NCBI GenBank assembly: GCA_963813075.1
Contig: CAWEXU010000009.1
Location: 15,432 to 79,431 of the forward strand
DNA: 64,000 nt
Reading direction: 5' to 3'
Source: Methanotrichaceae archaeon
GTDB lineage: Archaea > Halobacteriota > Methanosarcinia > Methanotrichales > Methanotrichaceae
Below the pieces are notes generated by a model. That model was not told the origin of the DNA and ran no database searches. It was given only the letters and a program-made list of their open reading frames with translations. Below, one piece after another: positions 52,870-63,216 of the stretch; positions within the stretch are counted from its first letter, which is position 1, and each line of letters begins with the position of its first letter. The position numbers were made by a program, and so were the translations under genes.

Positions 52870-54297
52870 ATGCTGTCCGAACTGAAGGCAACCCTCCTGG
52901 CCGGGTCGGCGGAGGAGTATCTCTCCCGGCTCTATGAGAGGATCGAGAGGGGTAAGCTCAATGCCTTTACCACCCTGGCCAAAGAGACGGCTTTAAGAGA
53001 GGCAAAAAGCTTTGATCAGAATCCGGGCAATGGCCTTTTGGCCGGAGTTCCCATCGCCATCAAAGAGTGCATATCTACCAAAGGGATTGAGAGCAACTGC
53101 AGCTCCAGGATCCTGCAGGGGTACATCCCGCCCTATGATGCCCATGTGATCGAGCGGCTTAAGGCTGAAGGGGCGATAATCATGGGCAAGACCAATATGG
53201 ACGAGTTCGCCATGGGGACCTCTACGGAGACCAGCGCCTTCGGCCCGACCAGAAATCCCTGGGACATCGATTGCGTTCCGGGGGGATCCAGCGGGGGAAG
53301 CGCGGCCTGCGTTGCCGGTGGCGAGGCTCCCTGTTCACTGGGCTCGGATACGGGCGGTTCAGTGCGCTGTCCGGCGTCGTTCTGCGGCATTGTCGGCCTG
53401 AAGCCCACTTACGGCCTGGTCTCCCGCTATGGACTGATCGCCTATGCCAATTCCTTAGAGCAGATCGGACCTTTAACCCATACGGTAAAGGATACTGCAC
53501 TCCTCTTAGAGGTCATCGCCGGCCACGACTGGCGGGACTCCACCTCCTCCACCACCGAGGAGAAGAGCAGCTATCTGCCCGACCTGGACAGAGGGGTTTC
53601 CGGCATGAAGATCGGCATTCCCAAAGAGTACTTCGGGGAAGGGGTGAACCCAGATGTAGAGAAGTCGGTCTGGGATGCGATATCCGTCCTGGAGGGCCTG
53701 GGAGCGAGCTGGCAGGAGGTGAGCCTGCCCCATACCCAGTATGCTCTGGCCGCCTATTATGTGATAGCCATGAGCGAGGCCTCAAGCAATCTGGCCCGTT
53801 TCGACGGCCTGCGTTACGGTCTGCGCCAGGCGGGAGAGGACCGGGACTGGCACACCACCTTCTCCGAGATTCGCAGCAAGGGCTTCGGCCCGGAGGTTAA
53901 AAGGCGCATTCTCCTGGGAACCTATGCTCTGTCCGCAGGCTACTACGGCCGCTACTATCTCAAGGCCCTGAAGGTGAGGACCCTGATCAAAGAGGATTTC
54001 CTGGCAGCCTTCAAACAGGTCGATCTGCTCGCCAGCCCGACGATGCCCATTCCCGCCTTCAGGATCGGCGAGCGCATAAACGATCCGCTCTCTCTTTACA
54101 AGGCGGACATATTCACCGTGCCCATCAACCTGGCAGGAGTTCCGGCGATATCCCTGCCCTGCGGATTTGCCGGCCAGCTTCCTATCGGCCTGCAGCTCAT
54201 AGGCCCGCACTTCGGCGAGGCCGCGGTTCTGCGGGCGGCGCAGGCCTTTGAGGGGGCGACGCCATATCACCAGCGGACTCCAGAGGAGGTGGTCTAG
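52870..54297 (+). CDS. gatA: Amidotransferase subunit A
   Basis: GKTNMDEFAMG, GGSSGGS, GSDTGGS, SSNLARFDG. Confidence 0.96.
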   Translation: MLSELKATLLAGSAEEYLSRLYERIERGKLNAFTTLAKETALREAKSFDQNPGNGLLAGVPIAIKECISTKGIESNCSSRILQGYIPPYDAHVIERLKAEGAIIMGKTNMDEFAMGTSTETSAFGPTRNPWDIDCVPGGSSGGSAACVAGGEAPCSLGSDTGGSVRCPASFCGIVGLKPTYGLVSRYGLIAYANSLEQIGPLTHTVKDTALLLEVIAGHDWRDSTSSTTEEKSSYLPDLDRGVSGMKIGIPKEYFGEGVNPDVEKSVWDAISVLEGLGASWQEVSLPHTQYALAAYYVIAMSEASSNLARFDGLRYGLRQAGEDRDWHTTFSEIRSKGFGPEVKRRILLGTYALSAGYYGRYYLKALKVRTLIKEDFLAAFKQVDLLASPTMPIPAFRIGERINDPLSLYKADIFTVPINLAGVPAISLPCGFAGQLPIGLQLIGPHFGEAAVLRAAQAFEGATPYHQRTPEEVV

Positions 54298-55713
54298 ATG
54301 GAGGATGTCATCATAGGTCTTGAGATTCACGTTCAGCTCAACCGGCTGGAGTCGAAGATGTTCTGCGGCTGCTCGACCAAATATCATAATTCCGAGCCGA
54401 ACAGCCATACCTGTCCGGTATGCCTGGGCCTGCCCGGCTCACTGCCGGTGATCAACCGCAAAGCAGTGGAAAGCGGCATAAAGGTGGGATTGGCCCTGAA
54501 CTGCAAGATCGAAGAGGAGACCCTCTTTTACCGTAAGAACTACTACTATCCTGATCTGCCCAAGGGCTTTCAGATCAGCCAGTACGACTATCCTCTGGCG
54601 ACAGGCGGTCATATCATGATCCTGGGAGACGACGACCAGGAGAGGAATATCCGCATCAACCGGGCTCATATGGAGGAGGACCCGGGACGGCTGGTGCACG
54701 CCGGGACCATAGATAAGGCGAAGTACACCATGGTGGACTACAACCGCTGCGGCATGCCTCTTCTGGAGGTGGTGACCGAGCCCGATCTGCATTCACCCAA
54801 GGAGGCGCGGGCGTTTCTGGATAAGCTGAAGAGCATTCTCGAGTACCTGGACGTCTTTGACGGCACCCTGGAGGGGGCGATGAGGGTGGATGCCAACATC
54901 TCTCTGAAGGGTGGGGACCGCTCCGAGGTCAAGAACATCTCCGGCTTCAAGGGAGTGGAGAAGGCTCTGTCCTATGAGATCACCAGGCAGAGGAACCTGG
55001 CCCGGCGGAACATCAAGGTGGTGCAGGAGACCAGGCATTTCGATGAATTGCGCAACATCACCGTCTCCATTCGCAGCAAGGTGGGGGCGCACGACTACCG
55101 CTACTTCCCTGAGTGCGATCTGGTGACATTGCGCATCGCCTCCTGGGTTCCGCCCATAAGGGAGGCTCTGCCTGAGCTGCCGGACTCGAAGAGGGAGAGG
55201 TTCGTCCGGCAGTACGATCTGGCCGATGACCATGCCAAGTCCCTGACCACGGAGATCAGGTTGGCCGACTTCTATGAGTTCGTGGCTGCCCGGGCCTCGC
55301 CCAGGATGGCCGCGGTCTGGATCGCCGATGTCCTCAAGGGGGAATTGAACTACCGCGACCTGGGGATAGAGAGCTTCAGCCCGGAGCACATGGTACAGAT
55401 TGTGCAGCTGCTCGGCGAGAATAAGATAACCGAGCACGGGGCGGTGGAGGTCATCCGCGAATTGCTGGACAAGAAGGGCAGTAATCCAGAGGAGATCATC
55501 AAATCCCGCGGCCTGGGCCGGGCGGAGGATGATGTGGTAGCAAAAGCTGTGGCTGAGGCGGTGGCGGAATGCGCTGCGGCGGTTGCGGACTACAAAGCGG
55601 GAAGCGAGAGGTCCCTGAACTATATTGTGGGCCAGGTGATGAAAAAGACCCGGGGGAAGGCCAGTCCGGGTGAGGTGCACAACCTGGTCAAGGCTCAGGT
55701 GGACAAGCTCTAG
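54298..55713 (+). CDS. gatB: Amidotransferase subunit B
   Basis: IGLEIHVQL, RKNYYYPDLPK, HMEED, DYRYFPE. Confidence 0.97.
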   Translation: MEDVIIGLEIHVQLNRLESKMFCGCSTKYHNSEPNSHTCPVCLGLPGSLPVINRKAVESGIKVGLALNCKIEEETLFYRKNYYYPDLPKGFQISQYDYPLATGGHIMILGDDDQERNIRINRAHMEEDPGRLVHAGTIDKAKYTMVDYNRCGMPLLEVVTEPDLHSPKEARAFLDKLKSILEYLDVFDGTLEGAMRVDANISLKGGDRSEVKNISGFKGVEKALSYEITRQRNLARRNIKVVQETRHFDELRNITVSIRSKVGAHDYRYFPECDLVTLRIASWVPPIREALPELPDSKRERFVRQYDLADDHAKSLTTEIRLADFYEFVAARASPRMAAVWIADVLKGELNYRDLGIESFSPEHMVQIVQLLGENKITEHGAVEVIRELLDKKGSNPEEIIKSRGLGRAEDDVVAKAVAEAVAECAAAVADYKAGSERSLNYIVGQVMKKTRGKASPGEVHNLVKAQVDKL

Positions 55714-55887
55714 GCGATGGCCGGGAGTGGGGGAGGAGAGCGAGGCTTGGAGGAAGATCTCATCCACTTCCTGCACCTCCATTCCCGCTAACACGTTTTT
55801 CCATCTCCTGGAGCCATTTTTCCATGTTTTTTCGGTTGGGAGAAGAGTTAATTACTTATATCCTGGATCGCACATATAGGAATTAAA

Positions 55888-56085
55888 ATGGCAATGCTAT
55901 TAGGGTTGACATTGAGTGCAGCAGGACTCTTGCTGCTGAATAGAGTATTTAAGGAGAGCTTCGGCTCACAGAAGGCGGCCGAGGGCGACAAATCCAGGAA
56001 TCGGGTCATAGAGATCCATGAATATGAGATCCTGGAGGACTTTCAGAGTCGAGCTTCTGATGGCTATAAAGTGAAGATAACCTGA
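55888..56085 (+). CDS. Small membrane-anchored hypothetical protein
   Basis: N-terminal hydrophobic helix, charged tail. Confidence 0.45.
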   Translation: MAMLLGLTLSAAGLLLLNRVFKESFGSQKAAEGDKSRNRVIEIHEYEILEDFQSRASDGYKVKIT

Positions 56086-56414
56086 TAAAGTAATTAATAT
56101 TATTTTAGATTATTTCAGACCGGAGTTTGTAAGATCATATCTTATCCCAGTCATGCATGCAGACAAAGAGCGAGAAACAAACTGCTATGGAATTTGCCGC
56201 CGTCCAGCCCACCTTACCTATTGCCCACTTTGCCGCCAACCCACGCTCGCCCGCACGCGCGGGGCACGGCAGACGGGGCCTGTCCCGTGGCCGCCCTTTC
56301 GTCCCCGAGATCAAAAAAGAAAGCTCGGCAGCCTCAGAATATGCCATCGGCAACTCTAAATATTGATCACGTTCATATATCTGTTAGCGCTCGCCTAAAT
56401 TGCAGGTGCCGGAG

Positions 56415-56609
56415 ATGAAAATAAAAGCCATTTATGAGAATAACGTGCTCAAGCCTCTCGGGGATCTGAACCTCCCAAACAAAGCACGGGTTAGCATCAC
56501 CATCCACGAGAGCTTCAGCGATCTTCTCGATGAGCTGGGCGAGCCTGTCGCCGGAGAAGACATCGATACAGTCCTGAAAGAGATGCGGACAAAAAGATAC
56601 TATGATTAG
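56415..56609 (+). CDS. DUF104/AF2212-like antitoxin
   Basis: IKAIYENNVLKPL..L.L motif. Confidence 0.8.
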   Translation: MKIKAIYENNVLKPLGDLNLPNKARVSITIHESFSDLLDELGEPVAGEDIDTVLKEMRTKRYYD

Positions 56610-56646
56610 GATCGTTCTGGACACATCCGAATTCAAATCTGATTAA
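56602..56646 (+). pseudogene. Truncated PIN/VapC toxin remnant
   Basis: MIRIVLDTS overlapping the antitoxin stop, then an immediate stop. Confidence 0.55.
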
Positions 56647-56742
56647 TCCAATTGAGGGCTCTGAGCTTCCCGATCTTGGATTCAGGCGACTTATTTCAGC
56701 CATGGGACAGCCTTTTTCTACCATCACCCCCCTTATCGAACC

Positions 56743-57898
56743 ATGCAGCCCAAGCCCGAGTTCACCCGCATCTCCCCAGACCGTCTGGTAGCAGTCACCG
56801 AGATCGACCTGGGAGCCCTCTCCGAGATATACGACGAGATGGACATATATCTATCAATTTATATGAAAAGCGCCAGCACGGCGGACCTGGACGCCAGCCG
56901 TTCCTTTGTCGCCTCCCGATTCCGGGCCATGGAAAAGTCCCTTCCCCCAGAGCTTCGGGAGTCCTTCCGCTCGACCGTCTCTTTGGCCCAGGATACAGTA
57001 GACTCCCCATCCTGGAAGGGGGAGAGATCAAGGGTGATCTTCGCCTCCAGCCCGGAGTCGTTTCTGCACGTCTACCGGATGGGCCTGGAGGCGGAGCCTT
57101 TAGTGGTCCTGGACACCTCGCCGTTCCTCCTCCCCCTGGCCAGGCTCAGGGACGACTACCTGGACTATGGATTATTGCTGCTCGACTCTCAGGAGGCCAA
57201 ATTGTTTGTCATCCGCTCCCGCATTATAGAGGAGATGGGCAGTTCCTCCATCGACCTCATGAACAAGCATAAAAAAGGCGGCTGGAGCCAGATGCGCTTT
57301 AACCGCCTGCGAAAGGGGGCCATCAAGTCCTTCCTCACCCAGGTGGCAGAAGACGTTGCCAATCTGGATAACCTGCAGGACATGAGAGGCCTGGTCCTCG
57401 CCGGTCCGGGGGAGGTGAAAGAGCCAGCTTATGGAATTGCTCCCCCCGCAGGTCAGGGACCGGGTGATGGGCCTCCTGGATGTCCCCATGGGCACAGTTC
57501 CCGGCGAGCTGGTGAAGATGGGCGACCAGGTGGCCCTGGACCATGAGCGCTCCCTGAGCATGAAGAGGGCTGAGGAGCTGAAGGCCAATGTGCTCAAGGG
57601 CCAGCTCTCCGCCTATGGAACCGATCCGGTCAGGGATGCTCTGACTCAGGGAAGGGTTAACACTCTGGTCATGCTCTCCAACTACGTGCTTCCCGGCTGG
57701 ATCTGCGAGAGGTGCCAGCACTTCCAGGAGGGAAAACAGCCTGAGGTCTGCACCCAGTGCGGCGGCAGGACCTCTCAGGTAAACGTCTTAGAGGAGCTCT
57801 ATGAGCTGGCCCAGAGGACGGGAGCAGAGGTGGAGTTCGTGGAGGAGGACGAGTTCCTTCGCTCTATCGGCGGCGTGGGTGCCATCCTGCGCTACTGA
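56743..57898 (+). CDS. aeRF1-superfamily paralogue (baeRF1 type) with Zn ribbon, frameshift near 57420
   Basis: HKKGGWSQMRF, LVLAGPGE, CxxC..CxxC, GGVGAILRY. Confidence 0.82.
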
Positions 57899-58009
57899 AG
57901 GCGAAGGATGAAAGGGATCTTCATCCCGTGGTCATTGTCTGAATTATCCACAAACAGTCGAACCCATTGAGCTTAGGCCTTACTCATCGACCTGGCTATC
58001 GACATCTAT

Positions 58010-58222
58010 CTATCTCAATCCATGAGACCGGCAAAAGTCGCTATAGGGCCGCCCCTCAATGGCCAGGTACATGAATATCCCTGACCATGCCCAAATGGCC
58101 AGGGCAAAGACTATGGTGAACATGAGAAAGAATGTCATCATGACTACCAGACCAAGAATGAAGAGCATAATGGATATGGCGGCATATTTCAGGCGGGTGG
58201 TATTGTCTATCTTCTCATACAT
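58010..58222 (-). CDS. Small 2-TM protein
   Basis: Two hydrophobic helices; AGGA upstream. Confidence 0.55.
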   Translation of the reverse strand: MYEKIDNTTRLKYAAISIMLFILGLVVMMTFFLMFTIVFALAIWAWSGIFMYLAIEGRPYSDFCRSHGLR

Positions 58223-58340
58223 CCAATTCCTTTGAATGGGAATCGCAGGCTATCAACTTTGCGGAACTCCCCTAATATCCGCTCTGACTGGGCCTTGACG
58301 GCAAAGGTGATTTAAGCCCTTGATGCAAGGCCCTTGAGTT

Positions 58341-59836
58341 ATGGGATCCGGCTCAACTGAATTGAAAGCTGCAGATCGGGATACATATCAGAATACAGAT
58401 CGGATACAGATCGGGATGGCGGGCAGGAATCGGGCAGCAAGAACCGCTACATCGTCCTGGTTTTGGTCCTGACGGGTGTTTTGATGTCCGTGGTTGATGG
58501 CTCTGTGGTCAGCATTGCCCTTCCCACCATTACCGAATACTTTCATGTGAGCATTGCCCAGTCGCAGATGATCATGACCGCCTATCTGGTGACTATCACC
58601 AGCCTTCTCCTGGTCTTTGGCAGAGTGGCGGAGTACGTGGGAAAAGCCAGGCTCTTTTTCCTTGGAATTGCTCTATTCACCGCCAGCTCTCTGGCCTGCG
58701 GCATATCCTCCAGCCTCGAGCTGCTGGTCTTATGCCGGATAGCTCAGGCCACCGGCGGAGCGATGATGTTTTCCATCAGTGCGGCCATCATCTTTCTCGC
58801 TTTCCCGAAAAGCGAGCAGGGCCGGGCCATGGGCTATATTGGCTCGACGGTGGCCATAGGCAGCATTCTCGGGCCAACCCTGGGTGGATTCATCGTGGAC
58901 CTCTTGGGCTGGAGCTATATATTTCTCATAAATGTGCCCATAGGCCTTGTCCAGATGCTCCTTTCCACCAGGTATCTGAGAATCGAGGAGAAGAGATCTA
59001 ACGGCCTGGAGGTGGACTGGATAGGCGCTCTGACCCTGATCATCCTTATCGTCTCCTTGATGGCACTATTGGGCCAGCTCTCTTATGGCCTTGCCCCCAC
59101 CCCGGCCGTCCTCATCCTGGCGCTGACCTTTGTTCTCTCTCTGGCCGGATTTGTCGTCAATGAGACCAGACAGAAATTCCCCCTACTGGACCTGTCCATC
59201 TTCCGCTACCGTATGTTTGTCCTGCCCTGCATCAGCATGATACTATTCTTCGTGGCCAATCTGATGATATCCGTCCTCGGGCCGTTCTATTTTGAGGGGG
59301 TGAGGGGCTATACTGCGTCGCAGGTGGGATTGATTTATCTCATCATCCCCGGGATAATGGTCATCGGCGCTCCCCTTGCCGGGACAGTTTACGATAAGCA
59401 TCAGTTCAGGTATCTGGCAGCTTTTGGAATGTCGGTCCTGGCCCTGGCCATGATCGCCCTTGGATATCTGGCAATGAGCACGGCAACCGACATCCAGCTG
59501 CTCTTGCTCTGCTTTGTCTTCATGGGCCTGGGAGGGGCCTTCTTCCAGAGCCCCAACAATACGGAGATAATGAGGGCCCTGCCCATCTCCAAGATAAACA
59601 TCGCCTCCAGCTTCACCGCCACCATCAGAAACCTGGGGATGGCGCTGGGAGTCTCCCTCTCCGGCCTCCTGGTCTCCTTGCAGATGGCTCAGGCCGGGCA
59701 CTATGGCACCATATCGGAAGCTGAGCCCCTGCTCCTCGCGAGCAGCATAAGCCGTGTGATGATGATCGCGGGAGGCTTATGCATCATAAGCGCCATTGTG
59801 GCTATCTATAGGGGATGGGACCACTCCCACCAATAA
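58341..59836 (+). CDS. MFS transporter (DHA2/EmrB-like)
   Basis: DGSVVSIALPTI, GPTLGG, IFLINVPIG, FFQSPNN; likely 1-nt slip near 58403. Confidence 0.92.
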
Positions 59837-59848
59837 ATTGGCAGGCAT

Positions 59849-60949
59849 CTAGGCTTTCGCCACAGACTGTAGCCCCAGTCTGAGAATGTTTATAGCGGCG
59901 TTATGGTCCCTATCCAGAGTCAGACCACAGAAAGGACAACTATGGACTCTTTCTGATAGATCTTTTTGAACCACTTTACCGCAACCAGAGCATATTTGAG
60001 ATGTGTTTTTGGGATTCACCAGTTCGACACGTTTACCGGCCCATTCTGCCTTGTAAGATGTGGTAGTTATTAGTTTGCTCCAAGCAGCATCCGATATATG
60101 CTTTGCAAGACAATGATTCTTGACCATGCCCTTGATATTCAAGTCTTCGAAGGCTATAAAGTCATAGGATTTAACCAGGGATATGGAGAGTTTTTGAACA
60201 AAATCATCCCTCTTGTTGGTAATTCTTTCATGAACCCTATGAACCACTTTTAAGGCTCTAGCCCTTCCCGGTGTTCCTTTTTCTGCATTTGATAGCTTTC
60301 TCTGAGCCTTTGCCAGAGCATTTTCTTCATGAACAAAGAATCTTGGATTATCTACCTGCTCGCCATCTGATAGGGTGATGAAGCTTTTCAAACCCACATC
60401 AACGCCTATTGATAATCCGGTATTCGGAAGAGGTTCATCTGGTTCAACTTCAACCAGGAAGGATATAAACCATTTTCCGGTAGGCATTATTCTGATATTA
60501 AGCCTCTGGATTTCTCCATCTACAGCTCTATGAAGCTTGATCTTGATATCTCCGATCTTGGATAACCATAGTTTGCCAGGCTTCAGGGAAAAGCCTGATT
60601 GAGTATAGGTGAAGCTATCGTACCTGCCATAGCCCTTGAACCTGGGATATCCCGGGTTTTCTCCTGCCTCGACTCTTCGGAAGAAGGCTTGATAGGCCAA
60701 ATCAACTCTTTTGACGACTTCCTGTAGAACCTGAGAATGGACCTCTTTCAATTCGAGCTTTTCTTCTTTCCATCCTGGCAAAAGCTTCTTGGTATCGTAA
60801 TAGGAGAGAGATTTGCCTTCTTGTTCGTAAGCGTTCTTCCTGATGGCTAGTACTTCGTTATAGGTCCATCTGCAAAGCTCCAAGGTGTCAGCCATCTTGG
60901 TTCTCTGAGATTTTGTAGGATAGATCCTATAGCGAAGCACTTTCAGCAA
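59849..60949 (-). CDS. tnpB: RNA-guided endonuclease TnpB
   Basis: YRIYP, GYPRFK, RuvC GVDVG/FEDL/DRDHNAA, CxxC..CxxC. Confidence 0.96.
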   Translation of the reverse strand: MLKVLRYRIYPTKSQRTKMADTLELCRWTYNEVLAIRKNAYEQEGKSLSYYDTKKLLPGWKEEKLELKEVHSQVLQEVVKRVDLAYQAFFRRVEAGENPGYPRFKGYGRYDSFTYTQSGFSLKPGKLWLSKIGDIKIKLHRAVDGEIQRLNIRIMPTGKWFISFLVEVEPDEPLPNTGLSIGVDVGLKSFITLSDGEQVDNPRFFVHEENALAKAQRKLSNAEKGTPGRARALKVVHRVHERITNKRDDFVQKLSISLVKSYDFIAFEDLNIKGMVKNHCLAKHISDAAWSKLITTTSYKAEWAGKRVELVNPKNTSQICSGCGKVVQKDLSERVHSCPFCGLTLDRDHNAAINILRLGLQSVAKA

Positions 60950-60950
60950 A

Positions 60951-61361
60951 TCACTTCACCTTTTGCATCTCTACATATCGTTCTATTACATCCTTGGTAG
61001 CATCTCCACAAGTGCCAACATAGTAAGATGGATTCCAAAGATGGCCATCCCAAAGCTGATCTCTTAGTTCAGGATGCGTTTCAAAGAGCTTCTTTGCCGT
61101 AATGCCTTTGAAGATCTTGGCAATGTTAGCAGGAGCAAATATAGGATGAGCTGTCATGAAGAGGTGAACATGATCCGGCATGATCTCCTGATTGATCAAT
61201 GTAATTCCCTTCTGCTTTGCTATCAATTCATGCAACCAATGAAGGTCTTCGGCGATTGAACCAATAAGGACCTTCCTTCGATACTTTGTTGACCATACAA
61301 AGTGGTAATACACGTTATAGACGCATCCTCTTGCGCTTATCCAATGCTCTTGCTTAGTCAT
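60951..61361 (-). CDS. tnpA: Y1 HUH transposase
   Basis: YHFVWSTKYRR, DHVHL, LWNPSYY, YVEMQ. Confidence 0.96.
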   Translation of the reverse strand: MTKQEHWISARGCVYNVYYHFVWSTKYRRKVLIGSIAEDLHWLHELIAKQKGITLINQEIMPDHVHLFMTAHPIFAPANIAKIFKGITAKKLFETHPELRDQLWDGHLWNPSYYVGTCGDATKDVIERYVEMQKVK

Positions 61362-61523
61362 TCTGAATTACACATATGGTTACCATATGTATATATACCT
61401 ATCGATAGGCACGGGCTGTATCCCGCCTTTGAAAAAGCGGGGATTAGCCCTGAGTTCGTCCTAAAAACCCTGTGAGATCTATATCGATTCGGCCCCGAAG
61501 CCCCCGGCTGCAACCAGCTTGAT

Positions 61524-62090
61524 TTAAAGATTCTGGAGCACGAAAAGGCAACTCGCATTGCAGCCCTCCAGGCGCTGCGCAAAGCCCAGGTGGCCCACTT
61601 CTCCTGCCACAAAGGAGCAGACTGGCAAGATCCCGAGAACAGCGGCCTATTGATGGCCAATGGCGAGGTTCTGACCATAAAGGATCTCTTCGAGCTGAAC
61701 TTGGCCGGGGCCCGGCTGGCCACCCTCTCCGCCTGTGAGACAGGCATTCCCGGCACCCGGCTTCCGGATGAGGTGGTATCCCTTCCCTCTGCCTTCATCC
61801 GGGCGGGATTTGCTGGAGCTATAGGCTCCCTCTGGACAGTATCGGACAAGAGCACTGCCCAACTGATGAAAGCATTCTACAATAACTGGAGAAAGTTAGA
61901 TAAGATACAAGTCGAGTCATTGAGAGATGCTCAAGCTCAGGTCAGAATAAATGGTGTGTTGGACATCGATTCTTGGCTACTTTCCATTCCGTCTCCCAAC
62001 GGCCTTTCGCATTCAGATTTGTGTGAATTATATAGGACAGTACGAAAGCATCCATTCTACTGGGCGGCATTTTATATGACGGGGGTTTGA
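61524..62090 (+). pseudogene. 5'-truncated CHAT (caspase-like) domain gene
   Basis: AHFSCH, LSACETG, GSLWTVSD, HPFYWAAF; frame closed by TGA at 61473. Confidence 0.82.
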
Positions 62091-62181
62091 TTATTTATTA
62101 ATTAATTCATAATATTTTAGCTCGCCAAATCTTCAGAGACCACAAATCATTAAAGTAAGGAGAACCCAATAGAACCCTATC

Positions 62182-62403
62182 ATGACGGACGCGGTGATGG
62201 TTGATGAAGGCCTGCTGATTCCAAAAAGCCTTCTCACTAAGCTGGGCACTGAAAATCTCGAAGTTGTGACCAGAGGTAGAGAGATTGTGATAAGGCCGAG
62301 GACCAAAACCAGGCAGTATTACGGTTTTATGGGAGTTGCCGAATACGACGAGAATCTCATCAAAGAGCTAAAACATGATTGGGAAGAGAGTGGCAAGGAT
62401 TGA
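62182..62403 (+). CDS. AbrB/MazE-like antitoxin
   Basis: GLLIPKSLL...EIVIRP; overlaps the PIN start. Confidence 0.7.
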   Translation: MTDAVMVDEGLLIPKSLLTKLGTENLEVVTRGREIVIRPRTKTRQYYGFMGVAEYDENLIKELKHDWEESGKD

Positions 62404-62904
62404 ATCTAACAGAATATTCGTCTAACCTGCCGATTTTTATAGATGCTAACATATTCCTCTACTATACCCTTCCTAATGCCAAATTTTGAGATATTATCTC
62501 AGACTTTCTAGAAAAAATTGAGCTGCAATTGATATCCGCAATAACGACTCCATTAGTACTGAACGAGGTCTCTTATATTCTACTACTTCAGAGAGGGATG
62601 ACAATTTTGAACACAGAGAATCGAGATATTGTCCGGAGCAAAATCAAAGCGAATAGTCATTTAGCTCATCTGTGTTATGACGCAGTCGATACGTTCAACG
62701 AATTTATCAGCAATCTTGATGGCTTGAAATTGGTCGCAGTTCAACCGGAGGATTATTTGCTCGCATCATCTTGGAAGAGCCTACAATCTGCTGCCAATAG
62801 ATGCGCTTCACCTATCCGCAATGAGGAGATCTCATGTCCGGGATATCGCCACACGGGATAGAGATTTTGAGCGAGTGGATGGAATCGTAATCTGGACTCC
62901 ATGA
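62400..62904 (+). CDS. PIN/VapC toxin with two frameshifts (near 62487 and 62770)
   Basis: IFIDANIF, VLNEV, LLPIDALH, IATRDRDF across frames. Confidence 0.78.
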
Positions 62905-62941
62905 GAAGAAACCCGTCGTCTTTCTGTCTTCGATCTGATAC

Positions 62942-63100
62942 AAGAGCACAGCAATGCTCATGACCCGCTTCTATCAGCACTGGCGGGTGAAAGGCATGCC
63001 GCCGGTCTTTGCCCTGTCCGAGGCCCAGAGGGAGCTGCGAGAGGAGGAGGGGTTCCGGCATCCGTTCTACTGGGAGGCATTTTATATGACGGGAGTATGA
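62942..63100 (+). pseudogene. Orphan second CHAT C-terminal tail
   Basis: KSTAMLMTRFYQHW...EAQ...HPFYWEAFYMTGV*. Confidence 0.8.
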
Positions 63101-63216
63101 TCAGGATCAGGGGAAGAGCGCTCCAGGCAAAAAAGCTCAATCCCATCCTTTTGTCCAGCGCCTTTCCAGCAGGCCTTGATAAAGTCCAAATACGAAAAGG
63201 GATAACAGTTAAAAGA

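Larger units (their letters stand above)
59817..61462 (-). mobile_element. IS200/IS605-family element (tnpA+tnpB)
   Basis: Left-end hairpin 61413-61450, right-end hairpin 59826-59845; exact ends approximate. Confidence 0.88.

Noticed and set aside
53782..55794. Long antisense ORFs (208 and 333 aa)
   Set aside because: Shadow frames of GC-rich gatA/gatB
56190..56340. SRP RNA, RNase P RNA, hammerhead or group II intron domain V
   Set aside because: Diagnostic motifs not found on either strand
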